A DNA stretch of 42,295 nt from Euryarchaeota archaeon UBA126 (GTDB taxonomy: Archaea; Thermoplasmatota; Poseidoniia; Poseidoniales; Thalassarchaeaceae), in the NCBI GenBank assembly GCA_002497025.1, contig DAMG01000079.1:55443-97737 (forward strand), in the 5' to 3' direction. This document shows, one piece after another, positions 1 to 7,700 of the stretch; within the stretch, counting starts at the first letter, position 1; every line of letters begins with the position of its first letter. The translations under genes were made by a program, and so were the position numbers. The notes beneath the pieces were generated by a model. That model was not told where the DNA came from. It saw nothing but the letters and a program-made list of their open reading frames with translations, and did not search any database.

Positions 1-1191
1 CGACCATTTGTAAGCCTAACCTCTCCTCAAAGCGGACAGATATATGCTGTTGATGAGAAATCAATTATCAGTGGAGTTGCTAGAGATAATGATGGGGATA
101 TTACTCGTGTTGATGTGGAAGTATTTGATGTCTCAAATGGATTTATCAATGTCTTCACAGGCGCTGTAACGGAAATTGAATCAAATGGTTATTGGGAAAT
201 GGAATGGGATTCAAGATTATTAACTCACAACATGCAATATCTAATCAAAGCAAGGTCCTATGACGGCTATGAGTACAGCGATTGGATGGAAGTGCAGGTC
301 GTCGCAGATAACCCTCCAGATGCAGACAATAATAGACCAACATTTGACTCAACTAACTGGCAAACGGAGATTACTCTATTTTGCGAATTCGATACAACGT
401 CACAAAATCCTTGCACAAAGGCAGAGATTAATTTACTAGAGTTCTTTGATGATGCAGATGGGATAAATTCTCTCATTCTATCTGTTTACGACGATGAAGC
501 AAAATCATCTGATGATGAATTTGGATTAGTGATTAACATAGGTATCGATGGAGTCGCGTTTTATGACCCTAAGGCGATGGGCTTTTACAATGAGGATATG
601 GATACATGGTCTTTGAGCAATGTGATATTTGTTGCTACGGATCCCTTTGGTTCAAAGGAGATATCTACACCAGTATCTTTCAATGTAGTTCCAATCGAAT
701 TCTATGTTGGCCCGCCAGATCAAAATACTGCAAGCGAAGATGAATTAATCATCTTCAGTGGTTCTGGATTACCAGGAAAGACAGTTAGAGTGACATTGGG
801 TGGTATTCAAGTCAATTCTACTGTAGTACTTGATAATTCAACATGGGAACTTGGAATTCCAGGAGCCATGCTAAGTAAGCCAGTAATACCGGTATTTTCT
901 ATTAGTGGTTCAGAATCCATTCAGGGCGAAGAGATTTCCCCACCCTCTAGTGATGGAGGAATCAGTCCTGTGATGATTATTGCCATTGTTGTAGTTATTA
1001 TCGCATTATTAGCAGGTACACTTTTCTTCAGTGGAGTAGTAACCTTCGAGGAAGATGATGAAGAATCTGATGAAGCAGAAGGAGCCGATACAAAGGGAGA
1101 ACATCTAGTAAAAAGCGATGACCACCCTGGTTGGCTTTGGGACGCTGAAAAAGAAGAATGGGTGCCTGATCCTGACCATATTGGTGAGTGA
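1..1191 (+). CDS. 3' part of a large exported cell-surface protein (5' end lies upstream of the window); single C-terminal TM anchor and acidic cytoplasmic tail
   Basis: Frame +1 is open from nt 1 (no stop before the first ATG at 115); stop TGA 1189-1191. The ectodomain is D/N/T/S-rich and looks beta-rich. A hydrophobic helix VMIIAIVVVIIALLAGTLFF (nt ~970-1035) is followed by an EEDDEESDEAEGAD tail ending HPGWLWDAEKEEWVPDP. Confidence 0.7.
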   Translation, partial: RPFVSLTSPQSGQIYAVDEKSIISGVARDNDGDITRVDVEVFDVSNGFINVFTGAVTEIESNGYWEMEWDSRLLTHNMQYLIKARSYDGYEYSDWMEVQVVADNPPDADNNRPTFDSTNWQTEITLFCEFDTTSQNPCTKAEINLLEFFDDADGINSLILSVYDDEAKSSDDEFGLVINIGIDGVAFYDPKAMGFYNEDMDTWSLSNVIFVATDPFGSKEISTPVSFNVVPIEFYVGPPDQNTASEDELIIFSGSGLPGKTVRVTLGGIQVNSTVVLDNSTWELGIPGAMLSKPVIPVFSISGSESIQGEEISPPSSDGGISPVMIIAIVVVIIALLAGTLFFSGVVTFEEDDEESDEAEGADTKGEHLVKSDDHPGWLWDAEKEEWVPDPDHIGE

Positions 1192-1201
1192 AGCAATAAA
1201 G

Positions 1202-1236
1202 CCCACCGTACGGTTAATTTCTTGAGTAATAGAAAT
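1202..1236 (+). promoter_or_regulatory. Putative operator/promoter of the STAND gene: CCCACCGTACGG palindrome plus AT-rich GAGTAATAGAAAT 14-26 nt before the ATG
   Basis: ACCGTACGGT (1205-1214) is a perfect 10-nt palindrome. The GAGTAAT and AGAAAT strings (1224-1236) recur in the elements at 4674-4710 and 23486-23524. There is no Shine-Dalgarno before ATG 1250, which fits a leaderless or short-leader mRNA. Confidence 0.35.
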
Positions 1237-1249
1237 CGCACCAATCATA

Positions 1250-3778
1250 ATGGCGTCCATGGCTACTACACGTCCTGGCGTTCAGGAACGCATTTTACTA
1301 CATTTAAGGGACTATGTGGATTACTCCGATAAGGTCGAGGTGCCTTTTGCAATTTCTCAGATGGGTATTGCAAATGCTGTTTCCATCGCTCGTTCGAATG
1401 TTCCCCGTGCGATCTCTGGAATGAAAGAGTCAGGCCACCTAATTGAGCGACAAGCTCATGTCACTGGAGTATCGAGAAAAAGGAAAGCATACTTCCTAAC
1501 CTCTGAAGGAGTAAGTCTTGCTGACAATATATGGGATAAGGTGTGTGAGCAACCAGTTCGATTAATTCACTCGGATGGAAGAGCCGAAAATCTGGTTCTT
1601 AAAACGGCATTGGAACGAACCGAACTCCCTCTAAGACACGTTGACATTTTGAGATATCTGGACGATTCCGGCACTCTTGACTTGTCTACATTATCTCCCG
1701 ATTTAATCGAAAGGGATCTCTCTAAACATATTGAGAAGCAACTTGTAAATTCACTGAATGATTTACCTAGATTACGTCGATTCTATGGCCGAGACGATGA
1801 AATTACCAAAATGGCAAATATCTTGGAATCAGAATCTACAACGCTACTAGTTCCCGGAATTGCTGGAATTGGAAAAACCGCTTTAGCGGCGAAATTACTT
1901 GAGCGCTTTACTCATCGAAGAAATCTTCTCTATCACCGGTGTCAAGACTGGGAAGGTTCGAGAGCGTTTCTAGAGGCTTGTTCGGAATGGCTTGCAATGA
2001 TTGGAAATAATGACTTGAGCGATTATGTTTCCTCAACACCAGTTCCACAGGTCACAATGGCGGTCAACATAATTGTCGAGGGCTTGAAAAACTCCCCTGC
2101 ACTTATTGTCGTAGATGACTTACACAAGGTAGCGGATGAGAACTTCGTAGCAATTCTTCGAGGCCTTACTCTTCGTATACCTGAAGCTGAGGAATTAGGT
2201 TTAGTTATGTTCTCTAGATCGTTTAGAATGGTGGTTCCGGAAAATGATTCAAGTAGCAATACAGTTGCACATTTTCTCCCACTCGAGGGTCTGGATCAAG
2301 ATTCTAGCAGGCAAATACTCACTGCAATGCCAGATATTGATTTGCAACAATTCCTCCACATTTATACCCTATCAAGAGGGCATCCATTGGTACTTGAATT
2401 GATAAATCGAGGCAGTGTTGGGGAAACCTTTCACTCTACCTTGGAGGCTTTTGTTGAAAAGGAAATTTTCAGTAAATTATCAGGGCCTCAAAAACGACTT
2501 CTAGGGGCGATTGCAGTATTCCGTGAACCAATGCCATTGGCCTCACTTAACACATTAGATGCCGATCTAGATTTACTAGATGACCTTGTAGAGAAAGGAC
2601 TAGCAAGAAGAATAGATTCTGATAATTATGATGTCCACGATTTAGTCAGAGAATTCCTTGTTCGTTCGATGGATGATTCATTGAAAGCAGAATTACACAA
2701 CAATGCTGTAGAATGGTATCGAAACAGAACTGAAACCGCTGTTGAGAAGATTGAATTCATCCATCATCTAAATGCATCTGGAGATATGGACACTCTTGCC
2801 GACGTTTTGCAAAGAGATGGTAGAGAGCTGGTTAAGTCAGGTCATATCGAACTATTAGGTATTCTCAGAGGCTTGGAATCAGATGGTTTTAACGCAATCC
2901 AATGGGGTTTGATTAGAGAACTTCGAGGCGACATTCTCTCTATTCAAGGCCGATGGGATGAGGCTGAAGAAGAATATGCAGCGGCGATTCCAACTGCAAA
3001 GAAGCATAAGCAAGCAGAGACACTTGCTCGATTACTCTCCGCTCGAGCTGATATTGCGATAAAACGAGGTGCTATGGATGACGCTCTAGAATTACACCGT
3101 CAGGCATTAGAAATTCAAATAGCAAAAAGAGACGCGGTTGGTGCATCAAGATCTTACATCAACATGGGGTACATTTTCCGCCGACGTAGAGATACTAGGC
3201 ACGCATTGGAGGTGTATGGGAATGTGGAGGAATTGCTGGACACAGAAACTGATCCGAGTTTGATGGATGCCCGAGTTCGATTAGCATCCGCCTTCCTAGA
3301 GATGGGTGAATTAGATCGTGCTAGAGATCATGCAATGGCTGCACACGACGGGACAAAGGACAATGGATTGGATGCACTTCATGCTAGGAGTAGGGCGGTA
3401 TTGGGTAGGTATTATGCTCGAATGAAGGATAATGATTTGGCTTTACTTCACTATTCTGCTGCCTTGGAAATACTATCTGAGGCAACAGATCCTCACAGCG
3501 CTGTGGAGGTTGAAATGTTACTTGGCCAAGTGCTAAGCGATGCTGGCAGAAAATCCGAAGCTGCAGAGCGTTACCTGGATGGTCTTGCGGTTGCTGAAGC
3601 TAATGATTTCAGATTATTGCAAGGTGAGCTACTAGCAAGGTTAGGGGAGGTAGAGAGCGATCGTTCTGCCAGAATGAATTATCTCCAACGCTCTCTTACA
3701 GTATTCCGTGAATTAGGTGCCGTGGACCGAATGCGGGACGTCCAAACTGCAGTACATCGGGCGATTATGGGCCATTGA
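1250..3778 (+). CDS. wHTH - STAND (NB-ARC/Arch_ATPase-like P-loop NTPase) - TPR protein; probable signal-sensing transcription regulator
   Basis: 842 aa. The N-terminal winged-helix-like segment reads ISQMGIANAVSIARSNVPRAISGMKESGHLIERQ...RKAYFLTSEG. FYGRDDE is followed by Walker A VPGIAGIGKTALA (nt 1853-1882), then Walker B ALIVVDDLH (nt ~2099-2125). LSRGHPLVLELI matches the GxP 'GLPLAL'-type STAND motif. The C-terminal ~280 aa are TPR-like helical repeats (WDEAEEEYAAAI..., MDDALELHRQALEI..., LDRARDHAMAA...). Confidence 0.8.
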   Translation: MASMATTRPGVQERILLHLRDYVDYSDKVEVPFAISQMGIANAVSIARSNVPRAISGMKESGHLIERQAHVTGVSRKRKAYFLTSEGVSLADNIWDKVCEQPVRLIHSDGRAENLVLKTALERTELPLRHVDILRYLDDSGTLDLSTLSPDLIERDLSKHIEKQLVNSLNDLPRLRRFYGRDDEITKMANILESESTTLLVPGIAGIGKTALAAKLLERFTHRRNLLYHRCQDWEGSRAFLEACSEWLAMIGNNDLSDYVSSTPVPQVTMAVNIIVEGLKNSPALIVVDDLHKVADENFVAILRGLTLRIPEAEELGLVMFSRSFRMVVPENDSSSNTVAHFLPLEGLDQDSSRQILTAMPDIDLQQFLHIYTLSRGHPLVLELINRGSVGETFHSTLEAFVEKEIFSKLSGPQKRLLGAIAVFREPMPLASLNTLDADLDLLDDLVEKGLARRIDSDNYDVHDLVREFLVRSMDDSLKAELHNNAVEWYRNRTETAVEKIEFIHHLNASGDMDTLADVLQRDGRELVKSGHIELLGILRGLESDGFNAIQWGLIRELRGDILSIQGRWDEAEEEYAAAIPTAKKHKQAETLARLLSARADIAIKRGAMDDALELHRQALEIQIAKRDAVGASRSYINMGYIFRRRRDTRHALEVYGNVEELLDTETDPSLMDARVRLASAFLEMGELDRARDHAMAAHDGTKDNGLDALHARSRAVLGRYYARMKDNDLALLHYSAALEILSEATDPHSAVEVEMLLGQVLSDAGRKSEAAERYLDGLAVAEANDFRLLQGELLARLGEVESDRSARMNYLQRSLTVFRELGAVDRMRDVQTAVHRAIMGH

Positions 3779-3786
3779 TTTGAGTC

Positions 3787-4596
3787 TCATATAGTAGGGT
3801 TAATTTGTTCTAACTCACCCTTTCCAAGTCGATTGGAAAACTCCGGGCCTTCCTGTTTAGAAATTGAAAGAACTCCATTGAACCTCTCACCAATCTGGTG
3901 TAAAACTTCGGATTCGGCTAGGTGTGGAGCATTATTTTTCTCAGATAGGTGGCAAAGAACAATGCTACTCAATTTTGGGTGCAATATTTCTGCTAAGATA
4001 TCTGCAGTTTGCTGATTTGAAAGGTGCCCCCCTCGTCCTGAAATACGTTTTTTTAGGGACGGGGGATATGGGCCTGAAATCAGCCTATTAAGGTCATAAT
4101 TCGCCTCTATAGAGATATGTTCACATCCAGCTAGATGTTTCATTAATTCAATAGTTGGCTCACCTAAATCAGTAACAAACGCCGCTCTCCTTCCGTCACC
4201 GTTACTCGCAATAACTGCAACATTGTCTGCATCATCGTGAGGAACTGGTACTGGAAGCAGACTCAAATCTTCCGAGATATACAACCTTTCGAGTCCCTCA
4301 AAGGTTCTAACTTGTGAAATAGGTTCCAGCCCCAACCTCATGGTTGTTTCCAAATTTGCGTACAATCTGGCGTCCCATTTTTTCGAGGCTCGAGCGGCCG
4401 ATTTAGAATGATCAGAATGATGATGGCTGAGAATAATTGCATCGATAGAAGCCCCCTTTACCCCCGCTAAACTCAACCGTTCTTCCATTTGTTTTAGAGA
4501 AAATCCACAATCCACTATGACCCTTGTATCGCCTGTGGACAGTAGTGTGGCATTTCCACGACTTCCACTCCCCAAGTGAGTTATATCTAAGCCCAT
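3787..4596 (-). CDS. Metallo-beta-lactamase-fold hydrolase, YycJ/WalJ-like
   Basis: 269 aa. The N-terminus LGSGSRGNATLL...VDCGFS and the HxHxDH motif ILSHHHSDHS follow the layout of Bacillus YycJ-type MBL proteins. Convergent with the STAND gene, with 8 nt between the stops. Confidence 0.85.
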   Translation of the reverse strand: MGLDITHLGSGSRGNATLLSTGDTRVIVDCGFSLKQMEERLSLAGVKGASIDAIILSHHHSDHSKSAARASKKWDARLYANLETTMRLGLEPISQVRTFEGLERLYISEDLSLLPVPVPHDDADNVAVIASNGDGRRAAFVTDLGEPTIELMKHLAGCEHISIEANYDLNRLISGPYPPSLKKRISGRGGHLSNQQTADILAEILHPKLSSIVLCHLSEKNNAPHLAESEVLHQIGERFNGVLSISKQEGPEFSNRLGKGELEQINPTI

Positions 4597-4673
4597 TGAA
4601 TCAGTATGCCGGGCGAAGCCGTAAGGTCTTCAATACAACCCTAAATTTCAGCCTAAATCAACTAATATCCAAA

Positions 4674-4710
4674 CCCCTCTCGTGTACGCGACGGCGTAGC
4701 CGTCGAGTAA
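4674..4710 (+). promoter_or_regulatory. Upstream element copy A: CCCCTCTCGTGTACG + GC hairpin (CGACGGC-GTA-GCCGTCG, 4689-4705) + GAGTAA
   Basis: Lies in the divergent intergenic region 4597-4775, 66 nt before ATG 4776. It is near-identical in organisation to nt 23524-23486 on the minus strand. TCATAAG (4749-4755) sits 20 nt before the ATG in a TATA-like position. Confidence 0.45.
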
Positions 4711-4775
4711 TTCTATCTTAGGTGTGTCCGAACGACGCTCCATCACCGTCATAAGTCAAGCAAGAGCGCTAACAT

Positions 4776-7700
4776 ATGTCCACTAGAGGTCATACCATGC
4801 GACGTAAGCAAACTGCGTTCTTCGTCACATTGTTGATTTTGAGTAGCCTAGTCTTCGTTTCCCAAACTAGACCACAGGCACCAGTGTCTTCTGTTGACCC
4901 ACCAGATTTACCCGGTTCTGGACCGATGGCTGTGGACCAGGATGAAGATTTAATTCCTGATATACATGAAGTGATATTTAGTGAAGCAAGACATATCGAT
5001 ACCCCGTTTGGTGTTGTAGTGGTTGAAGGGCTAGATCCGATGAATGGTTCTGATAACATCACTGACTTCGATAGAGATGGAGCTAGTGCACTGATGGAAT
5101 ATTGTTGGCCATGGACATTGGAAACCTGCTTTACAGAACGCCTTTCATTAACAGGTAAATCCCCCGATGAAACAGAGTCTGGATTCAGGGAGTATCTTGA
5201 TCCTCGGGAATCGGATACAGATGGAGATGGCCTCCCAGATGGTTATGAAATTTACATGTGTACCGAAGGAGGAGCTGGTTATCAAAATCCAGCTACTAGT
5301 GAATGGACTTGTCTTTACTTCGATCCTCTGGATGATTCAGATACATTCGAAGATGCGGATTTATGTGTTGAACAGGCCAGTGAATGGGGTTGTGGGGACG
5401 GTTTTGATGTAAACCGAGACGGTGAAATTGACCTCGATGAACGTTACACAAACTCTGAAGAATATTGGTTTGGCACACCATCTGATTGGCTTACTGAAAG
5501 AGACGGTTTGTGGTGTGCTGGAATAATGCCCAACCTTCATCCAGATGCCTGTCAAGACGAGATCGTAAGGCCCACTGGTGACGATGGATGGTTGGGTAGT
5601 GACCCTCGTCGAATGGACTCCGATCATTACACTTGGAGTGAATTACTTCCAACCAGTCTGGCAGTTCCCGGAGATGGAATTCCAGATGGGTGGGAGGCAT
5701 ACTATGGCCTTGATCCAAGAAATGCAAGCGATGCGACACTAGATTCAGATTCCGACGGATGGGATATAGACAGAGACGGATTCATAATCCCCGACTCTTC
5801 AATTGCGACCGCTCGCTGGGGAGAGGCATTCAGTAATTATGAGGAATATTTGATTCACATGGATAGTGGTCACTGGGTTCGACCTGGATTAAGAGGGACC
5901 ATTTTAACAAGTCAATCAGACGAAGTTATGCTATTCGACCAAGGAACAAATCCAATGTTAGTCGACGGAAGAGTGCACACCGTTCTATCAGATAATCCAA
6001 GAGACCGTTTACTTGTTGGTTCTGCTTATGGGATAACTGCAATTAATCCGTTTGAGAGAATTTCTTCGACTTTTGAACTGCCAAATGGCATGGAATTATT
6101 CACTATGATGCGTTGGAATCCATCTTCCGAAGATTATCTTATTCTAGGGACTAATCATGGAATACATTCGTTAATCCTCGAGAATGGCTTACCTCAGATG
6201 GATACATTGTCAGCATCGAATATAGGGCCTGTTCAAGTGATTGAACCTCTACAAACAGGTAGTGGTGATTTGGATTTAATTTTACTTGGCCATGGGTCAA
6301 ATGCCTGGAGAATGACAATTTCCGAACCATCTTCTGGAACTGGCAACCCCGACTTTAGCGAAGTAATAGCCATAGAAGAACTAACGCAAATGTTAGACAT
6401 AGTAGGTGCATCATTCACGGAAGTAATCCACGTTCCGATGTCCGGTAGAGGCCCAATGTTGATTGTTGGAACCGATAGTGGAATGATTCGATGGGATACC
6501 ACAGATGGAACATCTTCGATAGGTCAACCATTCTGGATTTACACTACTGAAGATGCAGAAGAATATGTCCAATTTGCAGACTTGTTGAATCAATCAAAGT
6601 CGGCCGTAGTTAATGTCATGGAATTAGCAGGTCCGGTAGCTACTGACGGGTCATTAGAGGAAGTAACCGGAGTTTGGCTAGGTACACCTGGCGGAATACA
6701 TCTGATTGACCTAGATTTGTTTGTTGGACTTCCTAAACAGGCCTTCATCACAGACCGGATGTTCAATTTAGAACGTTGGGAAGAAGGCGCTAATGATATC
6801 TACTCAATTCATGCAATAGATGGCAAGATATTGTTGGGTTCAAGAGACGGAACTTGGGCCCTTGAAGGAGGGTCTCAGGGTGTATTAGGGATTGTAGAAA
6901 ACCAAACAAGGATGCCTGGACTTGTCACCTCTCTTACTACCTTTATTCACGATGGCAACCAGTACTTGTTTGCAGGTGTTTCACCTGGTGAATACATGAA
7001 CCTCATGCCAATAAATCCCAAATCTATCGATTCGGACCTTGATGGAATGCCAGATGGTTGGGAGTTTGTTTACGGATTAGATCCCACCGACCCATATGAT
7101 CGAGTAAGGGATGCAGATGCAGATGGGGTATACTTCGACATAGATGGAGTAAGTTTCAATCGAGAATGGTCCAACCTTGACGAATATAGATTCGTTAACA
7201 CAAGTGAAGGCGGTTTTAGCGGAACGGATCCAAGAAATATCGACACTGATGGAGACGGTTTGACCGATGGACAGGAATATTGGGGTTGGTTTGCAGATTC
7301 TACAGATTTCTCTTGCCATTACCTAAATGAGGAGTATATTTGCGATGATGAAGTTGGAGAGGATGCTCTGGAAGTCCATCTCTCTGGTTGGTTAAACTCT
7401 GGTGCCGGAGGGGGAACTGATGGCCCCACAGACCCAACCAGTTTAGACAGCGATGGAGATGGAATGCCAGATGGCTGGGAAATTGAGCATCGCCGCTGGA
7501 TTGGAGATGTATACACAGGTGGTAACCTTTGGACACTAGATCCGAGGGACCCCTCAGATGCAACTATGGATGCTGACGGGGATGGCTTGGATAATGTATG
7601 CGAATACAAATGGGGCCTTTACGTAGAAAGCGTGGCATTAGAAGGTCTACCTACTCATGGAGAAAATGCTAGCGCCGCTCAGAGTTGGACGAAGACTGAT

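Noticed and set aside
1250-4596. STAND NTPase plus MBL hydrolase as a two-gene antiviral defence system (Avs-like sensor with nuclease)
   Set aside because: The two genes are convergent, so they are not co-transcribed. The MBL protein closely follows the housekeeping YycJ layout. The STAND N-domain looks like a DNA-binding wHTH rather than an effector. No other defence or mobile genes are nearby. The idea is kept only as a minority alternative in the STAND finding.
5167-7609. Numerous 60-96-aa ORFs in other frames inside the giant TSP3 gene
   Set aside because: All are nested within a 5.7-kb ORF with strong repeated protein motifs. They are by-products of the biased GAT/GGN-rich codon composition.
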